From: an uncultured Gammaproteobacteria bacterium
GTDB lineage: Bacteria > Patescibacteriota > Patescibacteriia > UBA9934 > GWF2-40-263
DNA length: 64,000 nt
Reading direction: 5' to 3'
Assembly (NCBI GenBank): GCA_964399675.1
Contig: CAYNRK010000003.1
Coordinates: 73,033 to 137,032, forward strand
Of this stretch, positions 47,621 through 57,445 are shown one piece after another; position 1 is the first letter of the stretch, and every line of letters begins with the position of its first letter. The notes beneath the pieces are model-generated. The model searched no databases. It was not told the origin of the DNA and saw nothing but the letters and a program-made list of their open reading frames with translations. Both the position numbers and the translations under genes were made by a program.

Positions 47621-48805
47621 ATGAAATTGCGAAAACTTGGAAATGGAATGAATTTAAGCGGTAAGCGAGTGTTGGTTCGAATTGACGCTAATGTGCCGAT
47701 TGAAAAAGGTCGTGCTGTTGATGGGGTGCATGGTCGGATTGCACGAGCTGCTGTGGATCTGGATTGGTTAAGCCAGCGTGGAGCAAAGGTGATTGTAATA
47801 GCACACCTTGGTCGGCCAAAAGGCAGACGCGTTCCAGCCTTGTCGCTTGCACCAGTAGCAAAGCGTCTTATTGGTCTTTTGGGTTCTCGTGTTAAAAAGA
47901 CACGCAGTGTTATTGGAAAAGATGTAAAGCGCGCAGTGGAAAAAATGAAAAATGGAGATATCTTGTTACTTGAGAATGTTCGTTTTGATAGACGTGAAAT
48001 AATAAATGATCCAGCCTTTGCTCAGACTCTTGGAGGGTTGGGAGATTTGTATGTGAACGATGCATTTTCAAACTCTCATCGAAATCACGCATCAATGCAC
48101 GCAATCACAAAAGTTTTGCCATCTTATGCAGGGCCGCTTTTATCAAATGAAGTTTCTGTAATGGCAAAGCTTGATAAGCACATTAAGCATCCGTTTGTGC
48201 TTGTAATGGGCGGGTTAAAGATGCGCACAAAACTTCCTGTTATTGAAAGGTTTTTGCACGAGGCCGATGCCATTCTGTTGGGCGGTGCTATTTCAACAAC
48301 CTTTTTTGTTGCTGATGGTTATAGTGTTGGAAAGTCTGTGTATGACAAGGAAGGTGTTGAATTTGCAGGAAAATTACTAAAGCGAGTAAAAAACAAAATA
48401 ATTTTGCCAACAGATTTTTTGGTTTCCACATCGCTTAGAAAAGATGCAAAAGTAGAAAATGTTCCTTTTGATGAAATCGGTTCAAAGCATCGTATTGTTG
48501 ATATTGGGAAAGAAACCATAAAAGAATATGAGCGAGTGTTATCTCAAGCTAAAACAATAGTTTGGAATGGGCCGCTTGGATATTGCGAGATACCAAAGTT
48601 TTGTAATGGAACAGAAAAGATTGCAAAAGTAATTGCTGCACGTACTGGAAAAGCAACCACTATTGTCGGCGGCGGTGACACTGTTCCGGTTCTTGATAAG
48701 CTTCGACTTGCAGATAAGTTCACGCTTCTTTCAACCGGAGGTGGTGCAATGTTAAAATTTTTAGCAAATGAAAAGCTTCCAGGTTTGGAGGTCCTCAAAC
48801 AATAA
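47621..48805 (+). CDS. pgk: phosphoglycerate kinase
   Basis: LLENVRFDRRE and the C-terminal GGGDT. Confidence 0.9.
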   Translation: MKLRKLGNGMNLSGKRVLVRIDANVPIEKGRAVDGVHGRIARAAVDLDWLSQRGAKVIVIAHLGRPKGRRVPALSLAPVAKRLIGLLGSRVKKTRSVIGKDVKRAVEKMKNGDILLLENVRFDRREIINDPAFAQTLGGLGDLYVNDAFSNSHRNHASMHAITKVLPSYAGPLLSNEVSVMAKLDKHIKHPFVLVMGGLKMRTKLPVIERFLHEADAILLGGAISTTFFVADGYSVGKSVYDKEGVEFAGKLLKRVKNKIILPTDFLVSTSLRKDAKVENVPFDEIGSKHRIVDIGKETIKEYERVLSQAKTIVWNGPLGYCEIPKFCNGTEKIAKVIAARTGKATTIVGGGDTVPVLDKLRLADKFTLLSTGGGAMLKFLANEKLPGLEVLKQ

Positions 48806-48809
48806 TTTT

Positions 48810-50066
48810 ATGAGCAACAAAATTCATTCGATCCATGCCCACGAGATCTTAGACTCTCGGGGAAGCCCAACTGTGAACGTAACAGTTATTTTGGAGAGTG
48901 GTGTGTTAGGAACCGCATCCGTTCCAAGCGGAGCTTCAACAGGTGTTCATGAAGCACTTGAGCTTCGCGATGGGGACAAGAAACGTTATCAAGGAAAAGG
49001 AGTTCTCAAAGCTGTTCATAATGTGAACACTAAAATTGTTCGAGCACTTAAGGGTATGGACGTAACTCATCAACGTGAGATTGATAATAAGATGATCATG
49101 TTGGATGGCACAGTTAACAAAAGCAAGCTGGGAGCGAATGCGATTTTAGGTGTTTCACTTGCTTGTGCTCACACCGCAGCCAAAGCAAAAAAGATGCCGC
49201 TTTATGAATACTTGCGTTGGGCCTACGACATTTGTCACAAAAAATATAGATTACCAACTCCGACCATGAACGTTCTTAATGGCGGGGCACATGCAGGTTG
49301 GATTTTAGATTTTCAAGAGTTCATGATTGTTCCAATGCAAAGAAAGTTTCGTGAGCGTTACCGCTGTGGTTCAGAAATTTTTCATGCGCTTGGTTCCATT
49401 CTGACAAAGTTAGGACACTCAACACTTAAAGGAGACGAAGGTGGGTATGCTGCAAAACTTAAGAGCAACGAAGATGCATTCAAGTTAATCATGCAAGCCA
49501 TTAGAAAAGCAAAGTACAAACCAGGCAAGGATGTTTTTCTTGCAATGGATCCGGCTGTATCAGAAATTTATAATGCCAAGTCTGGTAAGTATGAAATGAA
49601 AGTTGATAAGAAAAAGATGACAACAGATCAGATGATTGAAATGTGGAAGAAGTGGTTAAAGAAGTATCCGATTATTTCGCTTGAAGACGGTTTGGATCAG
49701 GATGATTGGGATGGATGGGTTAAGATGACAAAAGAGCTTGGCAAGCAAGTAACGCTTGTTGGGGACGATTTTTTGGTAACAAATGTTGAGCGTTTGCAAA
49801 AATGTATTGAGCTTAAAGCTGCAAACGCTGTCCTTATTAAAGTGAATCAGATCGGCACATTGTCTGAGGCAATTGATGCAATCCAGCTTGCTCAGCAGCA
49901 CAAGTATAAGATTTCTGTTTCTCATCGCTCCGGAGAAACTATTGATACAACCATTGCTGATTTGGCTGTTGCCGTGAACGCTGATTTTATAAAAACAGGC
50001 TCTCTTTCACGATCTGAAAGATTGGCAAAGTATAATCGTTTACTTGAAATTGAAGAGGAGGTATAG
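48810..50066 (+). CDS. eno: enolase
   Basis: IHAHEILDSRGSPTVNV...SHRSGETIDTTIADLAV. Confidence 0.92.
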   Translation: MSNKIHSIHAHEILDSRGSPTVNVTVILESGVLGTASVPSGASTGVHEALELRDGDKKRYQGKGVLKAVHNVNTKIVRALKGMDVTHQREIDNKMIMLDGTVNKSKLGANAILGVSLACAHTAAKAKKMPLYEYLRWAYDICHKKYRLPTPTMNVLNGGAHAGWILDFQEFMIVPMQRKFRERYRCGSEIFHALGSILTKLGHSTLKGDEGGYAAKLKSNEDAFKLIMQAIRKAKYKPGKDVFLAMDPAVSEIYNAKSGKYEMKVDKKKMTTDQMIEMWKKWLKKYPIISLEDGLDQDDWDGWVKMTKELGKQVTLVGDDFLVTNVERLQKCIELKAANAVLIKVNQIGTLSEAIDAIQLAQQHKYKISVSHRSGETIDTTIADLAVAVNADFIKTGSLSRSERLAKYNRLLEIEEEV

Positions 50067-50074
50067 CGCGTTAA

Positions 50075-50172
50075 TGTCATCTCGACCGAGGCCAAAGGCC
50101 GAGCGGAGAGATCTCGAATCTGCGAGATCCCTCGGCTTCGGCCCGTCGGACGGGCCTTCGCTCGGGATGACA
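50075..50172. mobile_element. MITE-like palindromic repeat, family 1
   Basis: tgtcatctcgaccgaggccaaaggccgagcggagagatctcgaatctgcgagatccctcgg...cgggatgaca. Confidence 0.75.
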
Positions 50173-50180
50173 GAAAAAAT

Positions 50181-51761
50181 ATGTCAGACGAAATTAAAAA
50201 ACCAACCGTATTGATTATTGTCGATGGATTTGGAATTGCCCCGGATGGAGAAGGTAATGCTGTGAGTCGTGCAAAGACACCTGCTTTTGATAAGCTCACA
50301 CACAACTATCCAGTTATGCCACTTCGCGCTTCGGGTGAGGAAGTTGGTTTGTCTTGGGGGGAGATGGGAAATTCAGAAGTGGGACATTTGGCAATTGGAG
50401 CCGGGCGTGTTTATTATCAAATGTTTCCCAGAATCAATCGTGATATTGCAAGTGGTGAGTTTTTAAAAAACGAGGCTCTGTTGCATGCCGCAGAACATGC
50501 TAAGAAAAATGATTCCGCATTACATCTTGTTGGAATGATAAGTGGCGGTGGAGTGCATTCAGCGGATGAGCATTGTCATGAACTTTTAAAATTTGCTAAA
50601 GAGCAAGGCTTGAGCAAAGTTTTTGTTCATGCAATTACTGATGGACGTGACACAACCTACAATGCTGGTGTTGATTTTATTTCCACCTTGCAGTCAAAGA
50701 TACAAGAGTTAGGTGTTGGAAAGATCGCAAGTCTGTCTGGTCGTTACTATGCTATGGATAGAGATAACCGATGGGGTCGAACTGAGAAGGCCTATAAAGC
50801 CATAGTAAATGGTGAGGGTCAAACAGCAGAGGGTGCAGTTGAAGCTTTAAAAGCTTCTTACAAAAAAGAAATTTATGATGAGGAGTTTGTTCCAACTGTT
50901 TTAACTGAGAATGGAAAAACAATTGCAACTATTCAAGAAAATGATGCTGTGATTTGTTTTAATTTTCGATCAGATCGCATGCGTCAACTTACTAAAACAT
51001 TAACGCTAAAAGAGTTTGAACATTTTGATCGTCCAGAAATTAAGAATTTGTTTGTTGCAACAATGGCTGAGTATGAGGCAGGATTGCCGGTTGAAGTCGT
51101 TTTCCCCCCACAAGTTATCAAACAGTGTTTGGCTCATCTGTTGTCTGAAAAAGGATTAAAACAACTTCATATTGCAGAAACTGAAAAGTATGCGCATGTT
51201 ACTTTCTTTTTAAATGGAACACATGAAGATCTGTTTGAAGGCGAGGAACGTGTTATTATTCCTTCGCCAAAAGTTCCATCATACAATCAGGCTCCTGAAA
51301 TGAGTGCGCGTGAAATTACTGATCGAGTTATTAAAGAGATGCAGGAAAATAATTTTGATTTTATTGTGATGAATTTTGCAAATTCTGATATGGTTGGGCA
51401 CACAGGTGATTTTGATGCAACTGTAAAAGCTGTTGAAACGGTTGATGAGTGTGTTGGAAAAATTGTTGAAGAAACGCTTTCAAGAGAAGGAAAGGTGTTT
51501 ATTACTGCGGATCATGGAAATGCTGAGGAGCTTAAAAATCTGCGAACAGGTGATATTAATAAAGAACACTCAACAAATCCTGTGCCGTTTTATATGATTT
51601 CAAAAGAACTTGAAGGACAGCCGTCTATTGCCGGGGAAGTGCCAAATGGAGATTTGTCTTTAATGTCACCGGTTGGAATGCTTGCTGATATTGCACCAAC
51701 GATTTTAACAGTTATGGGAATTGAGGTTCCCCCTGAAATGGCAGGCCAGCCATTATTATGA
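50181..51761 (+). CDS. gpmI: 2,3-bisphosphoglycerate-independent phosphoglycerate mutase
   Basis: 526 aa, beginning VLIIVDGFGIAPDGEGNAV, with an iPGM metalloenzyme domain. Confidence 0.9.
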   Translation: MSDEIKKPTVLIIVDGFGIAPDGEGNAVSRAKTPAFDKLTHNYPVMPLRASGEEVGLSWGEMGNSEVGHLAIGAGRVYYQMFPRINRDIASGEFLKNEALLHAAEHAKKNDSALHLVGMISGGGVHSADEHCHELLKFAKEQGLSKVFVHAITDGRDTTYNAGVDFISTLQSKIQELGVGKIASLSGRYYAMDRDNRWGRTEKAYKAIVNGEGQTAEGAVEALKASYKKEIYDEEFVPTVLTENGKTIATIQENDAVICFNFRSDRMRQLTKTLTLKEFEHFDRPEIKNLFVATMAEYEAGLPVEVVFPPQVIKQCLAHLLSEKGLKQLHIAETEKYAHVTFFLNGTHEDLFEGEERVIIPSPKVPSYNQAPEMSAREITDRVIKEMQENNFDFIVMNFANSDMVGHTGDFDATVKAVETVDECVGKIVEETLSREGKVFITADHGNAEELKNLRTGDINKEHSTNPVPFYMISKELEGQPSIAGEVPNGDLSLMSPVGMLADIAPTILTVMGIEVPPEMAGQPLL

Positions 51762-52324
51762 GTATAGACAGAAAAATTTTAAACAAACTTCATTATTCAA
51801 TTGAAAATAATTGGTGGCTTAGGCATTTAGCTATTTTTTGTGCATCGCATCTTGTTTGGTTAATGTTAGGAGTTGCAATTGGAATTAGGTATTATGTGCC
51901 AGATTTTGCTGAGATCGTGATTGGATTCGATGGTATTCCGGACACAATAAGAGATGTTTGTGGTTTATGCTTAGAGTATCTAGCCATAATCGTTCTTGTA
52001 CCCCTTTTAATCAGTCTTGGAATATCAAAAATTGTAAAAAGACACAGACCAACCTTACCAAGACGCCACCATCCCTTCATTGATTTATTTGTTAACACTT
52101 ACAGCTTTCCATCCTCACATACAACAATTGCGTTTGCACTTTCTGTTGCAGTTATTCATGATTCAACATTTGTTTATTTTCTAATTGGAGCAATTTTGGT
52201 TGGTCTGGGAAGACTTGCTGTTGGTGTTCATTATTTAAGTGATGTAATTGTGGGAGCTGTGGTTGGTTTGCTGTTTGGTTATGCAGCATACATCGGCATG
52301 GATTTAATTCCTCTTTTGTTGTAG
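51758..52324 (+). CDS. PAP2-family membrane phosphatase
   Basis: KxxxxxxRP (KRHRPT), PSSH (FPSSHTT) and SRxxxxxHxxxD-like (GVHYLSDV) motifs. Confidence 0.75.
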   Translation: MSIDRKILNKLHYSIENNWWLRHLAIFCASHLVWLMLGVAIGIRYYVPDFAEIVIGFDGIPDTIRDVCGLCLEYLAIIVLVPLLISLGISKIVKRHRPTLPRRHHPFIDLFVNTYSFPSSHTTIAFALSVAVIHDSTFVYFLIGAILVGLGRLAVGVHYLSDVIVGAVVGLLFGYAAYIGMDLIPLLL

Positions 52325-52346
52325 ATTTCGAGGTGTAATACCTTTC

Positions 52347-52437
52347 GTGTCATTGCGAGAAGGCTCGTCAGACGAGCCGACGAAGCAATCCTCGTATACG
52401 AAGATTGCTTCGCCCACTTCGTTCGCTCGCAATGACA
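52347..52437. mobile_element. MITE-like palindromic repeat, family 2
   Basis: tgtcattgcgagaaggctcgtcagacgagccgacgaagcaatcctcgtatacgaagattgcttcgcc...cgcaatgaca. Confidence 0.7.
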
Positions 52438-52450
52438 CAGGACAGAATAT

Positions 52451-52963
52451 ATGAACAAGAAAAAAATTATTGCAGTTTCTGGGGGTTTTGATCCTCTTCA
52501 CGTAGGCCATGTGCGTTTGTTTTCGGAAGCCAAGGCACTAGGAGATGAGCTTGTGGTTATCATGAATAATGATAATTGGCTTAAGAAAAAGAAGGGGCAT
52601 TCATTTATGACGCAGAAAGAACGTAAGGAGATAATCGAAGCACTAGAATCTGTTAACAGAGTTATTTTCACAAAACATGAGGAAGACCCACAAGACATGA
52701 GCGTCTGTCATGTTTTGCAGGAATTGAAACCGCATGTCTTTGCGCAAGGAGGTGATAGAGACAAAAAAGATGGTCTTGATCTAAATTCATCACAGAGCCC
52801 TGAAGTAAAGTTATGCAACGAACTTAACATAGAGGTTGTATATGGAGTTGGTAGTGGAGGAAAAGTCCAGTCCAGTTCTTGGTTGACTGCAGAAGATCGA
52901 GATACTCGGGGTTGTTTTTGTGAATCAGGAAATAAATATATTGATTGTCATGGGAGGCCGTAA
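52451..52963 (+). CDS. cytidylyltransferase-like nucleotidyltransferase (HxGH; RfaE domain II / TagD-like)
   Basis: IIAVSGGFDPLHVGHVRLF motif. Confidence 0.65.
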   Translation: MNKKKIIAVSGGFDPLHVGHVRLFSEAKALGDELVVIMNNDNWLKKKKGHSFMTQKERKEIIEALESVNRVIFTKHEEDPQDMSVCHVLQELKPHVFAQGGDRDKKDGLDLNSSQSPEVKLCNELNIEVVYGVGSGGKVQSSSWLTAEDRDTRGCFCESGNKYIDCHGRP

Positions 52964-52968
52964 TATAT

Positions 52969-53997
52969 ATGTTTAGAATCGTAGGATTATTTTTTGTCTT
53001 CATGTTCATTGTCGTAGCGTTTCTTGGTGCGGGGTTTGTTAAGGATGCGTATTTAACGTCTCCTGAAAAGGATGCTCAGGAGGTTGAGTTTATTGTTGAA
53101 AAAGGAACTTCTGTTAAAACAATTGCCCGCAGACTGGAAGAAGAGGGAATTATTGACAGCGCGTTTTTCTTTGAAGGTTTTGTTTGGCTTAAGAAAAATC
53201 AAGCTGACTTGCAGGCTGGTTCGTTTACACTCAAGCCTGGTATGAGTTTTCCAACCCTAATGAGTGAGCTGATGCACGCAAAGTCAATAGACATTGAAGT
53301 AACAATTCCAGAAGGATTTACACTTGCGCAGATTGAGGAAGTTGTTGTTGAGAAATTTAAAAATGTTAACAAAGAATCCTGGGAAAGTGTTGTGAGTGCA
53401 AACGGGATGAATCAATTGCCATTTGAAGATTTGTTTGATGGGGTTCCAAATGGACAGAATCTTGAAGGATATCTTTTCCCAGACACTTATCGATTTAGTG
53501 AAAACGCAACTGCTGAAGTGATTGTTGAGACAATGATTCGAACACTTAGACGTCGTTTGGCAGAGAAAAATGTTGTTATTCCTGATAGTTTGATTTTTGA
53601 AAATGAAATGTTTTTTCATGAAGTTCTCACGCTTGCGTCTATTATTGAACGTGAAGTTAGGCATCCCGAGGATATGGCAATTGTCTCTGGAATTTTTCAA
53701 AATCGTTTAGAAATTGGAATGGCGCTTCAGGCTGATTCAACTGTGAATTATATTACCGGTAAAGACGAGCCAGCTATTTCACTTGAGGATACAAAGCTTG
53801 ATTCTCCTTATAACACTTATCAACGAGTTGGTTTGCCGCCCGGACCAATTAGTAATCCGGGCATGAATTCTATTCTTGCTGTTTTGCATCCAGACCTTAC
53901 TGAATCACTTTACTTTTTAACAACACCAGAAGGTGAAGTGATCTATGCCCAGACTTTTGATCAGCATGTGAAGAATAAGTATAAATATTTGAAATAG
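52969..53997 (+). CDS. mltG: endolytic murein transglycosylase MltG (YceG-like)
   Basis: N-terminal TM helix and YceG-domain blocks (LEGYLFPDTYRF). Confidence 0.75.
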   Translation: MFRIVGLFFVFMFIVVAFLGAGFVKDAYLTSPEKDAQEVEFIVEKGTSVKTIARRLEEEGIIDSAFFFEGFVWLKKNQADLQAGSFTLKPGMSFPTLMSELMHAKSIDIEVTIPEGFTLAQIEEVVVEKFKNVNKESWESVVSANGMNQLPFEDLFDGVPNGQNLEGYLFPDTYRFSENATAEVIVETMIRTLRRRLAEKNVVIPDSLIFENEMFFHEVLTLASIIEREVRHPEDMAIVSGIFQNRLEIGMALQADSTVNYITGKDEPAISLEDTKLDSPYNTYQRVGLPPGPISNPGMNSILAVLHPDLTESLYFLTTPEGEVIYAQTFDQHVKNKYKYLK

Positions 53998-54040
53998 AAT
54001 ACTCCCCGAGCTTGTCGAGGGGGGGGGGATAACGCCTTTA

Positions 54041-56155
54041 ATGCCTTCGACAGGCTCAGGCAATATTCTTAAAAAAATGAAAGAATTTGTTCTTAAAAAT
54101 GAATTTGATCCAAGCCGCTGTAAGATTGATTATCAAAAAGAATTGAATGATGAGCAGTGTGAGGCAGTAATGAATGGAAACGGAGCTGCGCTTGTGCTTG
54201 CCGGGGCTGGGTCTGGAAAAACCCGCGCGATCACGTATCGTGTGGCGTTTTTGATTGAGCAAGGTATTAGCCCTCAGAACATCTTGTTGGTCACGTTTAC
54301 AAACAAAGCGTCAAAGGAAATGTTGTCTCGAGTTGAAAATCTTTTGGGTTCTTATCCAACAGGACTTTGGGGTGGCACCTTTCATTCAATTGCAAATAGA
54401 ATTCTTCGTATTTATGCAAACGAGATTGGGCATACAAGTCGTTTTACAATTTTGGATCAGGAAGATGCAAAGTCACTCATCAAGGTTTGTGTAAAGTCGC
54501 TCAATATTGATACAGCGGCCAGAAAGTTTCCATCTCCGGCAAAAATTTTGTCAGTAATAAGCTTTGCTCGAAATTCCGGGCAACCACTTGAAGATGTTTT
54601 AGAACTTCGGTTATCTCATCAAATTGATCTTTTGCCCGTGATTGAACAGATTGCAAAAATGTATGACCACAGGAAAAAAGAAGCAGATGCAATGGACTTT
54701 GATGATTTGCTTTTGAATCTAAGAGAACTGCTTGCTAAAAATGAAAAAGTCCGTGCACGACTAGCTCAACAGTTTGAATACGTTTTGGTTGATGAGTATC
54801 AGGACACAAATGTTATTCAAGCCGAGATTGTGCGTTGTCTTGCAAGTCATCACGGAAATGTATTTGTGGTCGGGGATGATGCGCAGTCAATTTATTCGTT
54901 TCGCGCAGCAGAGATTAAAAACATTTTGTCATTTCCAAAAAGTTATAGTTCACCAAAAACTTTTCGTTTAACAACAAACTATCGTTCATCACCGGAAATT
55001 CTTCGTGTTGCAAATAGAAGTATTGGAAATAACAAAGATCAATTTAAAAAAGAACTTTACGCAATTCGTGATTCTAAAGAAAAACCAAACTTAGTCCCAG
55101 CGGCAAATTCAGCGCAAGAAGCTCAGTACATTGCAGAACAAATATTGCAACTTAATAAAAAAGGTTTGTCTCTTGATAATATAGCTGTGTTGTTTCGCGC
55201 AGCGTTTCACTCGCAATCACTTGAGTTTGAACTTTTAAAACGAGATATTCCATATGAGTATCGAGGTGGGCTCAAATTTTTTGAACGCGCACATGTTAAA
55301 GATATTGTTTCGTTTTTGCGTGTTAAAGAAAATCTAAAAGATGAAGTTGCCTGGATGAGAATTTTGGGACTCCAACCAGGTGTTGGTCTTGTAACTGCTC
55401 AAAAAATCATTGCACAAATTCGAGACAGCGCCGACCTTTCGGAAATGGTTGATCTTGAGATCAATGTTGGTGCGCGTGCTCAAGCAGGACTTAATACTAT
55501 TAAAAAAACATTGCGAAAACTTGCCCGAGAAACACTTCCTGCAGATTTGATCCGCAGTTCCATTTCTGAAGATTATAAGGAGTATCTTGAAGCAGAGTTT
55601 CCGGATTATCTGGATCGTTTAGATGATTTGGAGCAGTTTGCTTTGTTTGCTGAAGGTTATGACAAGCTTACTGACTTTTTAAATGAGGTTTCGCTTACTT
55701 CTGAATACGGGGCGATTCGGGCGCAAAAGGAAAGTTATGATGAAGAAAAGATTATTCTTTCAACAGTTCATCAAGCCAAAGGTTTGGAATGGGATGCTGT
55801 GTTTGTAATACATCTAACTGACAGCAAGTTTCCAAATCCGCGAGCAATGGAAGAGGATGGTGGGCTTGAAGAAGAGAGGCGATTATTTTATGTTGCAACA
55901 ACAAGAGCTCGGAAGCATTTGTTTTTTAGTTATCCGATTATGTCAGGATACGATTCGCTTACGATCGGTCAGCCGTCCATGTTTCTTTCAGAGTTACCGG
56001 ATGAATTGTTTGAACATGTTAGATTAAAAAAGAGTGTTCAAAACAAAAGTTTTGGTTCTTCTTTTGAGGAGCCTACGATTGTTTTTGATGAGTTGGGGGA
56101 AGTAAAGGAGGCACCAAAGGGATTGTCGTTTTTGCGAGGAGTTGATGAGTTGTAA
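54041..56155 (+). CDS. uvrD: ATP-dependent DNA helicase, UvrD/PcrA/Rep family (start uncertain)
   Basis: LNDEQCEAVMNGNGAALVLAGAGSGKTRAITYRVAFLI Walker A, followed by UvrD helicase motifs. Confidence 0.85.
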   Translation: MPSTGSGNILKKMKEFVLKNEFDPSRCKIDYQKELNDEQCEAVMNGNGAALVLAGAGSGKTRAITYRVAFLIEQGISPQNILLVTFTNKASKEMLSRVENLLGSYPTGLWGGTFHSIANRILRIYANEIGHTSRFTILDQEDAKSLIKVCVKSLNIDTAARKFPSPAKILSVISFARNSGQPLEDVLELRLSHQIDLLPVIEQIAKMYDHRKKEADAMDFDDLLLNLRELLAKNEKVRARLAQQFEYVLVDEYQDTNVIQAEIVRCLASHHGNVFVVGDDAQSIYSFRAAEIKNILSFPKSYSSPKTFRLTTNYRSSPEILRVANRSIGNNKDQFKKELYAIRDSKEKPNLVPAANSAQEAQYIAEQILQLNKKGLSLDNIAVLFRAAFHSQSLEFELLKRDIPYEYRGGLKFFERAHVKDIVSFLRVKENLKDEVAWMRILGLQPGVGLVTAQKIIAQIRDSADLSEMVDLEINVGARAQAGLNTIKKTLRKLARETLPADLIRSSISEDYKEYLEAEFPDYLDRLDDLEQFALFAEGYDKLTDFLNEVSLTSEYGAIRAQKESYDEEKIILSTVHQAKGLEWDAVFVIHLTDSKFPNPRAMEEDGGLEEERRLFYVATTRARKHLFFSYPIMSGYDSLTIGQPSMFLSELPDELFEHVRLKKSVQNKSFGSSFEEPTIVFDELGEVKEAPKGLSFLRGVDEL

Positions 56156-56177
56156 TGTTATTTACTTGCGCCTTTGC

Positions 56178-56340
56178 GGTCATTGCTTTTCTTCCCGCGT
56201 CACTGCTCTCCCCCTGCGTCGTTGCGAGCGAAGCGAAGCAATCTCCGTAAAGAACTATGGGGGACAGTCACGTTGTATATAATTTCGGCAGTACTCGCGT
56301 GGCTCCGTGCTGGCGAAATTATATACAACGTACCTGTTGT
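56178..56340. mobile_element. composite palindromic repeat, family 2' (homologous to 57241-57440)
   Basis: cgttgcgagcgaagcgaagcaatctccgtaaagaa...acgttgtatataatttcggcag...cgaaattatatacaacgt. About 160 bp are shared with the 57.3 kb copy. Confidence 0.65.
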
Positions 56341-56383
56341 GGAGATACTGACAGTTTGTTGGAGGGTTGTGAAAGGCTTTTGG

Positions 56384-56447
56384 GGTCAAGTCTAAAATCT
56401 AAACTTTGTAGTCATTTTAAAAGTTTAGATTTTAGACTTGACCCCCA
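56384..56447. repeat. 64 bp perfect hairpin (26 bp arms)
   Basis: ggggtcaagtctaaaatctaaacttt...aaagtttagattttagacttgacccc. Confidence 0.65.
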
Positions 56448-56472
56448 TGTTCCTTGAGGGCTCGCTTGTTTA

Positions 56473-56650
56473 TGTCATCTCGACCGAGCGAAGCCGAGGG
56501 GTCTCGCATATTGGAACAACACGATTCGAGATCTCTCCGCTCCGGCCCGTCTGACGGGCCTCCGGTCGAGATGACATTAAAGAAACGCTCCGGTCGAAAT
56601 GACATGTATCAGTTGTCATCCCGAGCGAAGCCGAGGGATCTCGAATTATG
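56473..56650. mobile_element. family-1 MITE, one full plus one partial tandem copy
   Basis: tgtcatctcgaccgagcgaagccgagg...cggtcgagatgaca followed by cggtcgaaatgaca...tgtcatcccgagcgaagccgagggatctcgaat. Confidence 0.7.
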
Positions 56651-56670
56651 TAAAGAAACAGCTATTTATG

Positions 56671-57228
56671 ACACGACAATATGGGAGAGGAAAAGGAAAG
56701 GTGAGATGGGGGTCGGCTATTGGAACCGGCTTGATTGTGATTGTATTGTTTGTAATTTTTGTTTTTGCTGTGCAGTGGTTTCGTTCTTCAAAACCAAAAC
56801 CAGCAACCGAGATTGACTCGATTGCAAATGTTTTAACACCGGAACCAATTGCAAATGAAGTTATTGCAAAGGCGATTGATACTGAAAGTCGAATTGCCAG
56901 ACTTGTTTGGCAGAAGACTGGTGAGATGATTGGGGAAGCAAAACGTGGAACCAAAGATGGGAATTATTGGTTTGAAATGATTACAACATTACCTGAGATT
57001 GACAGAGAGGTTTATTATTATAAAGGCTGGCTTGTGCGGCAGGTTCCGTATGATTATTTTTCCATGGGGGAGATGTATACTAATGATGATGGAAAGTTTA
57101 TTATCACTTGGCCGGGTGAGGAGGATGAGGATTACTCAAGTTATACAAAAATTATAATTACTCAGCACGAATACGATGGCGATGTTGATCCGGGAGAGCA
57201 TTTGGTCGAAGGGGAGTTTGGGAAATAA
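56671..57228 (+). CDS. hypothetical membrane-anchored protein (start after the MITE)
   Basis: MTRQYGRGKG..., one TM helix, then a globular domain. The ORF track's upstream extension runs through the MITE. Confidence 0.45.
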   Translation, partial: TRQYGRGKGKVRWGSAIGTGLIVIVLFVIFVFAVQWFRSSKPKPATEIDSIANVLTPEPIANEVIAKAIDTESRIARLVWQKTGEMIGEAKRGTKDGNYWFEMITTLPEIDREVYYYKGWLVRQVPYDYFSMGEMYTNDDGKFIITWPGEEDEDYSSYTKIIITQHEYDGDVDPGEHLVEGEFGK

Positions 57229-57240
57229 ATATTTTTTTCG

Positions 57241-57440
57241 CGCCTTTCACCCTGTGTCATTGCGAGGCCTGAAAGGCCGAAGCAATCCTCGTATCATCAC
57301 CCTGCGTCGTTGCGAGGAGGCCCGTCAGACGGGCCGACGAAGCAATCTCCGTAAAGAATTTTGGATGACAGTCACGTTGTATAATTTCGGCAGACTCGCT
57401 TCGCTCGTGCTGGCGAAATTATCCAACGTACCTGTTAATG
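57241..57440. mobile_element. composite palindromic repeat, family 2 plus 2'
   Basis: tgtcattgcgaggcctgaaaggccgaagcaatcctcgtat then cgttgcgaggaggcccgtcagacgggccgacgaagcaatctccgtaaagaa...cgttgtataatttcggcag...cgaaattatccaacgt. Confidence 0.65.
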
Positions 57441-57445
57441 GTGAC

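Noticed and set aside
54001-54061. Hairpin and CCTTCGACAGGCTCAGG 17-mer (also at 58565) as a further repeat family
   Set aside because: There are only two short copies and no clear palindromic boundaries. This is insufficient to call.
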